A stretch of 64,000 bases of DNA from an uncultured Chthonomonadaceae bacterium (GCA_963817895.1 CAWFQB010000003.1:448001-512000), one strand, 5' to 3'. Positions 9,303 to 20,016 are shown, counted from the first letter of the stretch. Translations and numbers: made by a program. The notes: a model not told the origin generated them from the letters alone.

Positions 9303-11168
9303 TTACCGGGCGGCGAGTTGTTTTTCCTGTCGGCGGCGCAGACTGCTATCGAGGATACGCTTGCGCATACGGATGCTCTTGGGCGTCACTTCCACGAACT
9401 CGTCCGGGCCGATGTACTCGATGGCGCGGTCAAGGCTCATTTCCGTGTACGGCGTCAGGCGGATGCCCATGTCGCTGTTGGACGAGCGCATGTTGGAGAG
9501 TTGCTTCACCTTGCACACGTTGAATTCCAGATCGCTGTCGCGTTGGTGCTTGCCCACAATCATGCCCTCGTACACTTCCACGCCTGGGCCGATGAACAGA
9601 ATGCCCCGCTCTTCGGCATTGTTCAGGCCGAACGGGTTGGACGTGCCGGCTTCCGTCGCGACCAGACTGCCGTTGCTGGTTTTGCCGATGTCGCCCACGA
9701 ACGGCTTGTACGCTTCAAACAGCGTGTTGATGATGCCCGTACCCCGCGTGGCCGTCAAGAACTCGTTGCGGAAACCGAGCAGGCCGCGCGTCGGCACGAT
9801 GTAGGTGAAGAACACGCTGCCGTTGGCAAGCCGCATGTTCTGCATTTCGCCCTTGCGCTGCCCCATCTGCTCCACAACCACGCCCTGATGCTCTTCGGCC
9901 ACTTCGATTTCAACGCGCTCGAACGGCTCCAGCTTGTGGCCCTTTTCGTCGTGATGATAAATCACTTCGGGCTGCGCCACCTGCATCTCGTACCCTTCGC
10001 GGCGCATGGTTTCAATCAGAATGGCAAGGTGCAGTTCGCCCCGTCCGCTGACCAGAAACGTATCCGCGTTTTCCGTTTCCGCCACGCGCAGGCTGACGTT
10101 GGTTTCCAGTTCCTTGAACAGGCGTTCGCGCAGTTTGCGGCTTGTGGAATACTGCCCTTCGCGCCCGCCGAGCGGGCTGGTGTTGACGCCGAACGCCATT
10201 TGCAGGGTCGGCTCGTCCACGCGCACGGTTTTCACGGCGCGGGGGTCTTCCCGGCTGGCAATGGTTTCGCCAATGGTCACATCGGCAAGCCCGGACACGA
10301 TGCAGATCTCGCCCGCTTCAATCGAATCCTGCTCCACCTTTTTCAGCCCCTCGTAAATGAAGGCGCTGACGATTTTGGCAGGGCGAATATCGCCGTCGCG
10401 ATTGATAAGGGCCACGTTGTCGCCGGGGTGAACCGTACCCGCGTGAATTCGCCCGATCCCGAAGCGGCCCCGGTAATCATCATAATCTATGCTGGAAACC
10501 AGAATTTGCAGGGGCGCGTTCGGGTCGCCGGTGGGCGCGGGAATGTGGCTGATAATCGTCTCGAACAGCGGCTTCAAGTCGGTTCCCGGCTTGTTGTGAT
10601 CCAGCGTGGCGATGCCCTGCCGCGCAGCCGCGAACACAATCGGGAAATCCAACTGCTCCTCGTTCGCGCCCAGTTCCACAAACAGATCGAACGTCTGATC
10701 CACAACCCAGTCCGGGCGGGCGTCGGCGCGGTCAATCTTGTTGACGACAACGACGACTTTATGCCCCATCGCAAGGGCTTTGGACGTAACGAAGCGGGTT
10801 TGCGGCATCGGGCCATCCACCGCGTCCACGAGCAGCAGTACGCCGTCTACCATCGCCATCACGCGCTCCACTTCGCCGCCGAAGTCGGCGTGACCGGGCG
10901 TGTCCACGATGTTGAGTTTCATGGGCGTGGGGTTGGGCTTTTCGGGCGTAGGGGCCGACAGATAGCTGACAGCCGTGTTTTTGCTGACGATGGTAATGCC
11001 GCGCTCGCGCTCCAGATCGTTGCTGTCCATGACCCGCTCGGCGAAGTCCTGATTGGCGCGGAACACGTTGCCCTGCCGCAGCAGGCCGTCAACGAGCGTG
11101 GTTTTGCCATGATCAACGTGGGCGATGATGGCGATGTTGCGAATGTTTTCCTGCGTATACTGGCTCAT
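9303..11168 (-). CDS. typA: translational GTPase TypA/BipA
   Basis: [47 protein letters not shown]. Confidence 0.98.
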   Translation of the reverse strand: MSQYTQENIRNIAIIAHVDHGKTTLVDGLLRQGNVFRANQDFAERVMDSNDLERERGITIVSKNTAVSYLSAPTPEKPNPTPMKLNIVDTPGHADFGGEVERVMAMVDGVLLLVDAVDGPMPQTRFVTSKALAMGHKVVVVVNKIDRADARPDWVVDQTFDLFVELGANEEQLDFPIVFAAARQGIATLDHNKPGTDLKPLFETIISHIPAPTGDPNAPLQILVSSIDYDDYRGRFGIGRIHAGTVHPGDNVALINRDGDIRPAKIVSAFIYEGLKKVEQDSIEAGEICIVSGLADVTIGETIASREDPRAVKTVRVDEPTLQMAFGVNTSPLGGREGQYSTSRKLRERLFKELETNVSLRVAETENADTFLVSGRGELHLAILIETMRREGYEMQVAQPEVIYHHDEKGHKLEPFERVEIEVAEEHQGVVVEQMGQRKGEMQNMRLANGSVFFTYIVPTRGLLGFRNEFLTATRGTGIINTLFEAYKPFVGDIGKTSNGSLVATEAGTSNPFGLNNAEERGILFIGPGVEVYEGMIVGKHQRDSDLEFNVCKVKQLSNMRSSNSDMGIRLTPYTEMSLDRAIEYIGPDEFVEVTPKSIRMRKRILDSSLRRRQEKQLAAR

Positions 11169-11181
11169 AAAACCCTTCGGG

Positions 11182-11256
11182 AGCGTTAAGCGTTAAGCGT
11201 TGAACATTAAGAGAATACGAGGAGGTTTCGCCCCTCAATGCTTAACGCTGAACGCT
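11182..11256. repeat. imperfect mirrored heptamer element, (AGCGTTA)n / (TAACGCT)n
   Basis: arms 11182-11211 and 11234-11256 in the typA leader. Confidence 0.8.
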
Positions 11257-11392
11257 GCGTACTTGCTGCTTTTACATGAATAAGGCGAACCGCGTCGCAG
11301 TCCGCGCAAGTAGTGGCAATAGTGTTTAGATAATTGCAGTCTATTGTACCACAACCAGCGGCCTTATGCTTGTTATCGCCGACAATCGAGAC

Positions 11393-12538
11393 TCATTTAC
11401 CGTCGCGGAAGGGGTCGTCCACTGTCTGCGACGTGTCACCCGGCTTGCGGAAGGGGTCGGACCTGTCTTTGACGGTTGCGGGAGAACCCGTTGGCAGTGG
11501 GCTGCCGGGTTCCTGATGCAGCATAACCGGAATCATCGCGCTGCTGCCGGGGACGCTGGGCTTGTGGAACTCGTAATGCAGCAGATTGCGCAGACGCACG
11601 ATGTCGCGCAATGCGCCCTCGAATTCGTGACGCGCCATATCTTCGGGAGACGCATGGTACGCGCGCGCATACTGAAGCGCGAGGGCAACAGCCTCGTCCT
11701 GCCGGGTGAGAGGCTGCGTCTGCCGGGGGCGCGAACGGCGCGCGACAATCGGAGCGGTCTCGTCATCGTCGTGTTCCCCTGCCGCTGCCGCATGTTCTGT
11801 TTTTATCAGCCCCTGCCGCTCGAACTGCCGCGCGACCTCGTCCTCGCTTGCCGTCCAGGGAACCGACAGGGATCGGATTCCCGCCGCTTCCAATCGGTTC
11901 TTTTGCTGTATATGCTCCAGTCCGGCATCAAGCTGCTTCAGGGCTGTGTCTGCATACGCCAGCGCGTCCGGGATGGTCACGCCGGAGGGGATATAGTGGC
12001 CCGGATCGGGAGCCAGGTGCTTGCTTTCGCGCATAATGCGCGTCAGATGCCGCCGCTGCCGCGCAACCACATCGGGAAGCGCGCGCGGCACATTGCCGGT
12101 GAGCAATTCCTGCCGCGCCCAGTTCAGTTTCCAGTAAATATCCAGTGTTCCAACCCAACTGCCGGCCTTTTCGCCGGAATCAGAGTTTCCATTGGGATCA
12201 TCCAGAACCTCGTCGCTGCTGACGGCAACCGGTGTGGGCAATGGCACGGACAGCGTAGGCGCGGAAAGAGCCAGGGGCCTTCCGGTCGTCGTATCAATCA
12301 CGCTGCCGACGCCGGGAACCGCATTTTTCATCGTCTCGATCTGCGCGGCATGCTCATACTTATATACTTTGGTGTCTTTGTCAATTGCCATGCCCGGAAC
12401 CTCGCGGCTGCACCCCGCAAGGCCACCGAACAGCAACAATGCCGGCAGAACCAGACGGCGTTTATACTCACCTGAAACGGAACCTGCTTGCCTCCTGCGC
12501 CGTTCCCGCAACAAACTAGAATCCGATGTATATAGCAA
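11393..12538 (-). CDS. hypothetical putative lipoprotein
   Basis: LLLFGGLAGC lipobox; GAGGAG upstream; DPFR twice at C-terminus. Confidence 0.6.
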   Translation of the reverse strand: MLYTSDSSLLRERRRRQAGSVSGEYKRRLVLPALLLFGGLAGCSREVPGMAIDKDTKVYKYEHAAQIETMKNAVPGVGSVIDTTTGRPLALSAPTLSVPLPTPVAVSSDEVLDDPNGNSDSGEKAGSWVGTLDIYWKLNWARQELLTGNVPRALPDVVARQRRHLTRIMRESKHLAPDPGHYIPSGVTIPDALAYADTALKQLDAGLEHIQQKNRLEAAGIRSLSVPWTASEDEVARQFERQGLIKTEHAAAAGEHDDDETAPIVARRSRPRQTQPLTRQDEAVALALQYARAYHASPEDMARHEFEGALRDIVRLRNLLHYEFHKPSVPGSSAMIPVMLHQEPGSPLPTGSPATVKDRSDPFRKPGDTSQTVDDPFRDGK

Positions 12539-12758
12539 GGCAATGCTCCTCTTAACAATCCGTTCCTACAGCGAAGGCCGAAAGAACTTCCCAATGACGC
12601 GGTTTTGTTAGAATTATGGCTGAATTCCGGCGCGTAAGTATGCTGTTCCTTTTTTCCGAAAGCAGGCGGCGACAGGCATACCGTACATTATACGAGAGAA
12701 CAGGGAGGAAACGGCGTCGCGCGTGTTGATTTTCAAGACGGAACACAACCGAATTCAG

Positions 12759-12783
12759 CCAGCCACCAGCCACCAGTCACCAA
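12759..12783. repeat. (CCAGCCA)n heptamer array overlapping a stop codon
   Basis: ccagcca ccagcca ccagtca cca. Confidence 0.75.
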
Positions 12784-15377
12784 CTCGTGTTGCCAATCTC
12801 CGGCAGGCCCCGGCCAAACCGGTCGCTCACCGTCAGGCTGAATTGGAACGGTTCGCTTCCGCGCACCCATTTGACGAGCAGGGCATTGTCACCGGCGTTG
12901 AGCGTCACGTCCGCTGTCCAATGTCCACTGCCCAGAATGGGGCGGAACGGTTCGCGGTTAAAGCGGCGCAACACGAGCGCGCCGTTGAGCCAGAGTTTCA
13001 CGCCGCTGTTGGTGTTAGCGACGAGCCGCGCTTCCCGCGTGGTGGGACTGCGCAGAACGGTTTGCCCGTAAACCACGCCCGACGAGGCGCGAAACTGCGG
13101 TTCCAGGTCCAGAACGGCTTCGGTATACGCGCGCTTTTCCCAGCGCGCGTTCTGCATACTGCGGCTCACGTAACTCTCATGAAGACCCGGACGGTCTTCC
13201 GGCGCATACGCGCGGTCGAACCCTTCGCCATCGAAATTAGCGAATGGCCCCACCGTCCACCAACAGTTTGCCCCGATCAGGACGAACTCGGCCTCAAAGG
13301 GCGGCGTCTGGTCGTCGGGCGTAAACCGCAGCGTGACGGCATTGGCAATGTCAATCCGCGCCGCGCCTTCGGGCGCGCGGACGGAAAAATCGGCGCGGAG
13401 CGTTCCCTGACGCGCGGCAAGAAACTGCCGTTGCCCCATGTTGGGCGGCGCGGCAATCTGCCATCCGGGGGGAGCCAGCAGGGTAATACGCCCGCTAAAC
13501 GGTTCCGCGCTGTGATTGGTCACGTAAAAGGAGAGCGTTTTGGGAGCGTTGATCGCCACTGTGGGCGACTCCCCTGTGTCCATAACCACCTCCAGAAAGC
13601 CCGCCTGCCCGACAAGCGCGTTGGGCGGCGTAATCAGCAGGGGCTTGACGCGCGTACTGTCCGCCCAGGCAATCGCGTCTATCAGGTCGGGAGCGGGAGC
13701 CGCGCCTCCAGACGGAGTACCGGCAGAAGAATCGGTCGTGGCTTCCACGTAAGGCGAAGGCGACGCGCTGACCGCCTGCGGCCTGAAAGCAATCCCCAAT
13801 GCAGGCGCGGGCGGCGTGTTGGTCGTCTCGTAAGCCGCCGTCTGCGCAGGCAGGGAGGCAGGAGTTGAGAGTTGAGAGTTGAGAGTTGATAGGGATTTTT
13901 CTTTTTCCTTTTCCCTTTTCCCTTTTCCCTCTTCTCGTATCTCGTATCTCGCATCTCCTATCTTGTCCTCTTGCAGCGTCAGTCCTGTCTCTTCCCCCGA
14001 GGTTTGCGTTGCCGGGGCGCTTCCGGTCGCAATCAGGTCAGGATCAATAGCAAGGGGGCGTTCTACCGGTTCGGCAGGCTGCTTGTACGGCAAAGCGTCG
14101 CCCGGCATTACGGCCATGTCCGCAGGCGGCAGCGTTTCCCCGGCAAGGGGAGAATTGGGTAAGGAGGAAGGGGGAAGGAGGAAGGAGGAAGCCTCTCCTT
14201 CTCGTATCTCGTATCTTGTATCTCGTGTCTCTCCTGTCTCCTCATCGGGCATTATCTCCAGGCCCGCGAAACGAGATTCAATATCGGCAGACGCGGCGAG
14301 TGGGGCCGTAGAGGAAGATGCAGTGTGGGGCGCGGGAATATCGGCGCCGGAAAGCATCGGGGAGGAGTTCCCCTCCATTAATTCCAGGTCGGAACAGCGT
14401 TCGGCGATCACGCGCCTGCCCACCGCAACCACCCGCTCAGCCACTTCGCTTAAACTGAGAGGCGCGTCGTGGTCGCGCATGCCCAGGCCGGGAATGAGCA
14501 GGTCGCCGATGGGAGCGATCCACGCTTCGGGCAACCCGCTGCTGCCTTTGAGGATTCCCTGAACGGCTCCCATCGCGCCGCCAACCGTTTCGGCATCGTA
14601 GCCACAATTCACCGCCGCGCACAGGGACATGCCGAAATCGCGCTGTCCATACAGCAGGCCAATTGTGAAAAACCCCAGGTTCTGTGGCGCGTCTGTGTAA
14701 TTGGGCGAGCCGACCTCGTGCTGTACGCTTTCCCGCGCTTCCAGCCAGCCTGCCGCGCGCTGCCACGCGGCAATGGCGGTTTTCACCGCCCGCGCCACGC
14801 GGCAGGTGCGCGGAATCATGGCAAGTCCGATGGTGGCAAGGATAATGGGATCGCTGAGGAAGAACGCCGCGCTGCCCAATGCGGCCAGGAACATGGCGGC
14901 CCAGACACCCTCCTCGCTGTGATCGAGTTTTGCGTCATGGTAGGCATACGCGGCGGCGATTTGCGGCGCGCCCGGCGCGATCATGGCCCAGAAATCCGCC
15001 CGCATCACTCCGCCTGTCGCATGACGGAACCAGTTGGAATACGCCCCGGAAGCGGGCGGGGGCAGGCCCCGGCGCAGATTCAGGGCGGCATAGCCGAATT
15101 CGTCCTGCGCATAATCCAGATGTTCCAGCCAGGCGACGGCAAGGTCTTCGGAAACCACGTCCGGGCCGCTCTCTTCCAGCGCGTGAAGCCAGACGAGCGG
15201 AAAGTCCAGCGCGAGACTGGCTGCGGGCTGGCCGGGAACCGGGCTGTAAAAGTTGTTGCGCCCGGGCGTTAATTGTCCGCGCAGTCCGGCTCCCAGAGTG
15301 ACGCCCGCGCTTTTGCCCTGCCAGGCTCCCAAAATCTTGTCGTGGTAGGTTCCTACCGTGATTGTCAATGCCGCCAT
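12777..15377 (-). CDS. ADP-ribosylglycohydrolase-family protein with long repeat-invaded linker and C-terminal beta-sandwich domains
   Basis: DKILGAWQGK..G..LG, GGVMRADFWAMIAPG, AVNCGYDAET; C-terminal WTVGPF / GVKLWLNG module. Confidence 0.85.
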   Translation of the reverse strand: MAALTITVGTYHDKILGAWQGKSAGVTLGAGLRGQLTPGRNNFYSPVPGQPAASLALDFPLVWLHALEESGPDVVSEDLAVAWLEHLDYAQDEFGYAALNLRRGLPPPASGAYSNWFRHATGGVMRADFWAMIAPGAPQIAAAYAYHDAKLDHSEEGVWAAMFLAALGSAAFFLSDPIILATIGLAMIPRTCRVARAVKTAIAAWQRAAGWLEARESVQHEVGSPNYTDAPQNLGFFTIGLLYGQRDFGMSLCAAVNCGYDAETVGGAMGAVQGILKGSSGLPEAWIAPIGDLLIPGLGMRDHDAPLSLSEVAERVVAVGRRVIAERCSDLELMEGNSSPMLSGADIPAPHTASSSTAPLAASADIESRFAGLEIMPDEETGETRDTRYEIREGEASSFLLPPSSLPNSPLAGETLPPADMAVMPGDALPYKQPAEPVERPLAIDPDLIATGSAPATQTSGEETGLTLQEDKIGDARYEIREEGKGKREKEKEKSLSTLNSQLSTPASLPAQTAAYETTNTPPAPALGIAFRPQAVSASPSPYVEATTDSSAGTPSGGAAPAPDLIDAIAWADSTRVKPLLITPPNALVGQAGFLEVVMDTGESPTVAINAPKTLSFYVTNHSAEPFSGRITLLAPPGWQIAAPPNMGQRQFLAARQGTLRADFSVRAPEGAARIDIANAVTLRFTPDDQTPPFEAEFVLIGANCWWTVGPFANFDGEGFDRAYAPEDRPGLHESYVSRSMQNARWEKRAYTEAVLDLEPQFRASSGVVYGQTVLRSPTTREARLVANTNSGVKLWLNGALVLRRFNREPFRPILGSGHWTADVTLNAGDNALLVKWVRGSEPFQFSLTVSDRFGRGLPEIGNTSW
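13862..14240. repeat. five intragenic heptamer arrays: GAGTTGA, TTTTCCC, TCTCGTA (twice), AAGGAGG
   Basis: arrays at about 13862-13889, 13896-13931, 13933-13957, 14161-14191, 14201-14240; frame preserved. Confidence 0.9.
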
Positions 15378-15628
15378 GCCTGTGTTCTGCCTCCTGCCCG
15401 GTGTCTGCCATTCCTAATTGTAATTCATTTTACAAGTTGCCGACGTGGCGCGGGCGTGTTTTTCCATCTTTCTAGTATACGCGCAACATCCCCGCTCGGC
15501 TTCAAAGCCTTCTTAACATATGCGAAAGTTCTCCCTGATAATGCAGGGGGTGACTGTCGCAAAGAAAGCCCCGCGAAAACCCGATAATGGGAATGTTCGC
15601 GTAACGTTGTTTGTTGGAATGTTAAGGT

Positions 15629-16357
15629 ATGATATATTCTGAGGAAGCGAGCAGAAAGGACAGCGACGAAGTGGTTCTTCCGGTTCCACATCCAAAACAT
15701 CGTTTGGACAGATACCGCCCAACACTACAGTTGTTAGCGGCGGCGGGAATTGTCGCGGCAACGGGCATGGCGATGCTCCGGCTGAACGCGCGTCCGACAA
15801 CCATGCTGATGGGCTTGTCTGTCGGAGTAATTCTGGCGGCTCTGGTCAGCGGGCGGCGCGGCGCATGGGTTGCCATTGCCCTCGCCGTCGTTTTGGGAGC
15901 GCTGCGCCTGCCTCCCACGGATACACTGTTTATTGATCCCTCTTACCGACTGGGGTACGGTCTTTTCCTGACGCTGTGCCTGCTGCTAACGCTGTACCAT
16001 CCTCCCCGCAGCAGCGTCCCTCTGGAACAGACGGGCAAAAAATATCGAAGTCGTAAGCAGCCTTATACCGAAGCCGATTTGCCGACAATTGCTCCTCCCA
16101 CGCGCGGCATTGTGGAACAGCAGACGTGCGAAGTGGCCGGCCTGGACATTTACAAATGGGAACGCTCCTGCGCCCACCTGAGCGACGTGATTGCGGACGC
16201 GCAAATCAAGCTTCAGGAAAACGACCGTGTACAAGTCTACTTTCTTCTGCAACACGCGCATCAACTGGCAGACGATACCCGCAGGCACATCCAGCAAACG
16301 GAAATCTTCGCGCACCCCTCCTCGGAAAGCGACGCGCCTGTATCAGAGCCGGAATAG
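15629..16357 (+). CDS. membrane protein (DUF4118-like TM region plus helical tail); start uncertain
   Basis: about 4 hydrophobic helices. Confidence 0.5.
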   Translation: MIYSEEASRKDSDEVVLPVPHPKHRLDRYRPTLQLLAAAGIVAATGMAMLRLNARPTTMLMGLSVGVILAALVSGRRGAWVAIALAVVLGALRLPPTDTLFIDPSYRLGYGLFLTLCLLLTLYHPPRSSVPLEQTGKKYRSRKQPYTEADLPTIAPPTRGIVEQQTCEVAGLDIYKWERSCAHLSDVIADAQIKLQENDRVQVYFLLQHAHQLADDTRRHIQQTEIFAHPSSESDAPVSEPE

Positions 16358-16434
16358 AGACAACTGCCGGTTCATAAACTTTTCAATCCGAGCAGGGGCT
16401 GAAACAGATTGAAGTTTGGGAATGGAGGAGCAAG

Positions 16435-17283
16435 ATGCCTCCCCTGTTTATCTTGTTTCATGCTGCCGCTACGATCCTGTGCCTGCTGGCAATGTGTCGG
16501 CTTATTGGGAGGTGGAGGCAGGCGTTTGCCGCGACGATACTCCTTCTCGCGAGCATTGGCTTTGTTGTGGAACGGCGTTCCGATTGGGCCGAGGTCGCGT
16601 TGCGCGTTGCGGGAACCAATCTGGTTTTCCTGACCAATGGGACGCTGGAAGCCGTGATCGTCTTGCTGTGTTTGTTGTGGCAGGCGGCGGTGGAAGCAAC
16701 AGCGAAACGCCGCGCCGTATTTCTGTCCGTTCCGCTGCTATGCGTAGCCCTGTGGAGCTATGCGTGGTATTTTGCGCCCCTGCCTCAACCCCTGATCTCT
16801 ACACTGGACCGCACCGGCTATTGCCCGCAATCCACGCCCGACAGTTGCAGTGCGGCCTCCGCCGTGATGCTGCTGCATCTGCACGGCATTTCGACAACGG
16901 AAGCGGAAATGGCGCGATTGTGCCTGACGCGGGCGAATATGGGAACGCCAACACTGGGATTGATCTACGGTCTGGATCAGAAAGCGGAAGCGCATGGATT
17001 GCATGCCCGTATTATCTCCGTCGCTTCCCCTGTGGAATTGGGCAGAATACGTCCGGGCTGTATCTTATCCGTTGGCTTGAAACGCGGCCTGTCCGCCAAG
17101 GTAGAAGCAAGAATGCGCGGCTACGGTTGGGAACCGGGCGTACATCACGCGGTCGTCATCACAGGCGCAGACCCAAAGGGCGCATGGCTGGACGTTGCCG
17201 ACCCCAGCTACGGCCGCGAACACTGGCCGTTACAAGATTTCGCCTCTATTTGGGACGGGCAGGCGATTACTCTCAGTCTATAA
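16435..17283 (+). CDS. membrane-anchored C39-like cysteine peptidase
   Basis: 4 TM, then QSTPDSCSAAS (Cys), HAVVI (His), VADP (Asp); GGAGGAG RBS. Confidence 0.85.
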   Translation: MPPLFILFHAAATILCLLAMCRLIGRWRQAFAATILLLASIGFVVERRSDWAEVALRVAGTNLVFLTNGTLEAVIVLLCLLWQAAVEATAKRRAVFLSVPLLCVALWSYAWYFAPLPQPLISTLDRTGYCPQSTPDSCSAASAVMLLHLHGISTTEAEMARLCLTRANMGTPTLGLIYGLDQKAEAHGLHARIISVASPVELGRIRPGCILSVGLKRGLSAKVEARMRGYGWEPGVHHAVVITGADPKGAWLDVADPSYGREHWPLQDFASIWDGQAITLSL

Positions 17284-17364
17284 CGCGCAAGGAATAATCT
17301 ACCACAACGTAGAACTGTTTCAGGAGTTGGACAATCTGGCAAAGCAATCAGGGGCAAACGAAAC

Positions 17365-17500
17365 GTGCTGAGTGATAACGACGTTAAAGAACAATTGAGC
17401 TACGCTTATCTTCATGCGATTGCCTCACGAGCGCGGTTTGGCTGTGATCGCCCTACGGCGGATCGTGACAGCGTGGATGCCACTAATTCAGCAAGGAAAT
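17365..17500 (+). pseudogene. N-terminal fragment of a DUF4365-type (PD-(D/E)XK) protein
   Basis: KEQLSYAYLHAIASRA...DRDSVD is the typical DUF4365 N-terminus, then abruptly joins the next gene. Confidence 0.6.
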
Positions 17501-17505
17501 CTGCA

Positions 17506-18681
17506 ATGCCTTATAACGAACTGGTGAGCGTATCGGAAAACATCTTGAGCCAGTTGCGCCCCTTAGACGTGCAGAATTATGCTCGCGCAACAGGTTGGCA
17601 GCGGGTTCAAGGCGTGAAAGGCGATATTGCCGTTTATCATCGCGCAGATTTAGAAGACGACGAAATTATTGTTCCACAAAACCCTAACTACGCCGATTAC
17701 GCCCTGCGCATGGCGGAAGCCGTAAGCGCGTTGAGTGAAGCGGAACACCGTTTACCGGGCGAAATTGTAGCCGACCTGTTGTTGCCGCCTGCCGACGTAT
17801 TGCGTTTTCGTGAAGAGGGACCGACAACACAGGACGGCGGTATCGGCTTGCAGGACGGTATTCGCCTGCTGTCAAGCGTTCGCAAAACTTTGCTTGCAAC
17901 CGCCTGTGACATAGTGCAGCCACAACGTTTTCATCCGCGCTTGAGTTTTGCCGAAGCCGTTCAATTTGTGGACTCCTGCCGTTTGGGACAAACCGAGCGC
18001 GGCAGTTTCACAGCCACTTTTATCTGCCCGCTTGATGTTGTTCCCGGCGTCAACACGCTGTCGACCGATCCATTCGCGTTGTTTCCCGAACTGCCAAGTG
18101 AACCCTTCACGCGCCGCGTAACCAAAACCCTGATGGGCGCGTTGGAACAGGTATCGCGCTTCATCAATGCCGATCAAGCGGAACGGCTTGTTTCGCCGCA
18201 GGAAGGGGATATCGTTGTCAGCAGCAACTTTTATCAGGCGCTTGCCGAAATGCAGCCGTCCGACACGCGCGCCGGTTTACGCGTCGCTTCCACATGGTCA
18301 CGCGCCATTACGCCACCCGCTATGGCACTGCCAACAAGCGTACATCTGCGCTCAGAGTATTTCCCGCTTGTCGCGCAGGTTGCCGAAACGCTGCGCCCGG
18401 ACTACAAACCGCGTACGGGATTGTTTGTCGGCAGAGTTGAGGCGCTGAATGGCGAAACCAATGCAGAGGGGCGGATGCAGGGCGAAATCGAAATCGAGTT
18501 TTTACAGGACGAAGAGGCAATTCGGGCGCGAATAGAACTGTCGGCAGAAGATTACGCGCAAGCCTGTGACGCGCACAAAAACAGCGAAATCGTCCTCGTC
18601 AGCGGCACACTGCATCGCGGCAGACGCCTCAACGCCATTCGAAACCATCACGATTTCCGCGTACTGCACAACTACAAGTAG
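17506..18681 (+). CDS. conserved hypothetical protein usually paired with DUF4365 genes
   Basis: YARATGW, GQTERGSF, YAQACDAH motifs; OB-like C-terminus. Confidence 0.7.
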   Translation: MPYNELVSVSENILSQLRPLDVQNYARATGWQRVQGVKGDIAVYHRADLEDDEIIVPQNPNYADYALRMAEAVSALSEAEHRLPGEIVADLLLPPADVLRFREEGPTTQDGGIGLQDGIRLLSSVRKTLLATACDIVQPQRFHPRLSFAEAVQFVDSCRLGQTERGSFTATFICPLDVVPGVNTLSTDPFALFPELPSEPFTRRVTKTLMGALEQVSRFINADQAERLVSPQEGDIVVSSNFYQALAEMQPSDTRAGLRVASTWSRAITPPAMALPTSVHLRSEYFPLVAQVAETLRPDYKPRTGLFVGRVEALNGETNAEGRMQGEIEIEFLQDEEAIRARIELSAEDYAQACDAHKNSEIVLVSGTLHRGRRLNAIRNHHDFRVLHNYK

Positions 18682-18726
18682 TGGTTCTTTCGACGCGCCA
18701 AAACCTTTTGGCGGGATACCGAGGCA

Positions 18727-20016
18727 ATGACTTTCTGGCTGCAAACGGACTTGTGGATACTATCTTCGCCTGAGAGAGCCTTTGCGCGAATCGCCCATTC
18801 GCCTTCTATTGGCGCTGCGGTAGTTCTGCTCGTTATTATCAGCCTGCTGTTCCTCGCTTCGCAATTCCTGAGCAGCGCTATGCGTTATCAGCGCAAGCGT
18901 TCTGCCCAACAAAGAAAGAAGGACGCTGTTCCCGTAGTTGCGATTTGCAGTCTGTTTATTCCTGCCATCTGGTTCTGGCTGGCGCTGTTGACACAAGGCT
19001 TGCTTAACCTGCTTCATACCCCTTCCACTTTTGACACTCTGTTTTGCCTGTTGGCTTTTGCCGCGATACCACAGTTGGCCGGTTGGCTGACCTATCCCCT
19101 GCGCAATTTCCATTGGTATGCTTACCGCATCTGGCAGGCGGTCATGGCAGGCGGCCTGCTGTGGACAAGCGTACTGGCGGGGCTGAGTTTCCATACCATT
19201 TACGGCTTGAATGGCTGGAAACTCTTGTTGGCATGTGCGCCTCTCTTGACTTTGCTGTGGGCGGCGGGCATTGCCGCCGCGCGGGAACTTCCCGACTCGC
19301 TGCAAGCCGCGCGATTATGGCAGCGCATGGCGGGTGAGCGCGTCGTTGTCTTCGCGCGGCTGACTACAAAACCTGACGAGTTGGCGGAGATAGTACGGGA
19401 GTCGGATGCCACGTTGGAGCGGGCCACACAACTGCTGGAAGTGGAACCACTTGCTTTCAAATTAGGCATATTCTTGTTTGCCGATCAACAGGAACACAGA
19501 GATATTCTTGAAATCAAGACGAATCAGGCTGAAGGCTATGCACATGGTGATTGCCTGACTTCAGCGGTTGCGTCGTGGGAACAACTGCAGGGAATCATTC
19601 CGCATGAGATTGGGCATGTCCTCCGCGAACAGCGAATTACGTCTAAAGCTGTCGCGTTTTTGGACGAGGGGTTGGCTGTGTATGTCAATGCAAAGTTGTT
19701 TCCACAGAAGACACACGCGCCCCTTATCAGCGTCCCCCACACCCTGCACGTTCTGGCGCACTATTACATTTTCTACAATTGGCTTTATGCGCAACAGCCG
19801 GACTACTCCTCCGACCACTACTATTCCCATGCACACGGATTTGTACGATTTCTGATACAGAGTTTGGGGATTAAAGCCTTTAAGCAGTTTATGAAAGAAG
19901 CCGGTGAAGACAAAAGCGAAGATGCCGGTGAGCGATTGGAGAACGCGGCCAAAAAGGTCTATGAGGTCTCCCTGACGCAATTAGAAACTGAATGGCGGGA
20001 AAAAGAGACAAAATAA
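18727..20016 (+). CDS. YIP1-like membrane domain fused to gluzincin (peptidase MA-like) domain
   Basis: SPERAFARIA start with about 5 TM; HEIGH...DEGLAVY. Confidence 0.75.
   Translation: MTFWLQTDLWILSSPERAFARIAHSPSIGAAVVLLVIISLLFLASQFLSSAMRYQRKRSAQQRKKDAVPVVAICSLFIPAIWFWLALLTQGLLNLLHTPSTFDTLFCLLAFAAIPQLAGWLTYPLRNFHWYAYRIWQAVMAGGLLWTSVLAGLSFHTIYGLNGWKLLLACAPLLTLLWAAGIAAARELPDSLQAARLWQRMAGERVVVFARLTTKPDELAEIVRESDATLERATQLLEVEPLAFKLGIFLFADQQEHRDILEIKTNQAEGYAHGDCLTSAVASWEQLQGIIPHEIGHVLREQRITSKAVAFLDEGLAVYVNAKLFPQKTHAPLISVPHTLHVLAHYYIFYNWLYAQQPDYSSDHYYSHAHGFVRFLIQSLGIKAFKQFMKEAGEDKSEDAGERLENAAKKVYEVSLTQLETEWREKETK

Noticed and set aside
9273..11189. 638-aa plus-strand ORF and similar long antisense ORFs (20909-22291, 45727-46698, 56229-57305)
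   Set aside because: Shadow frames of conserved genes in GC-rich DNA with no recognisable motifs.
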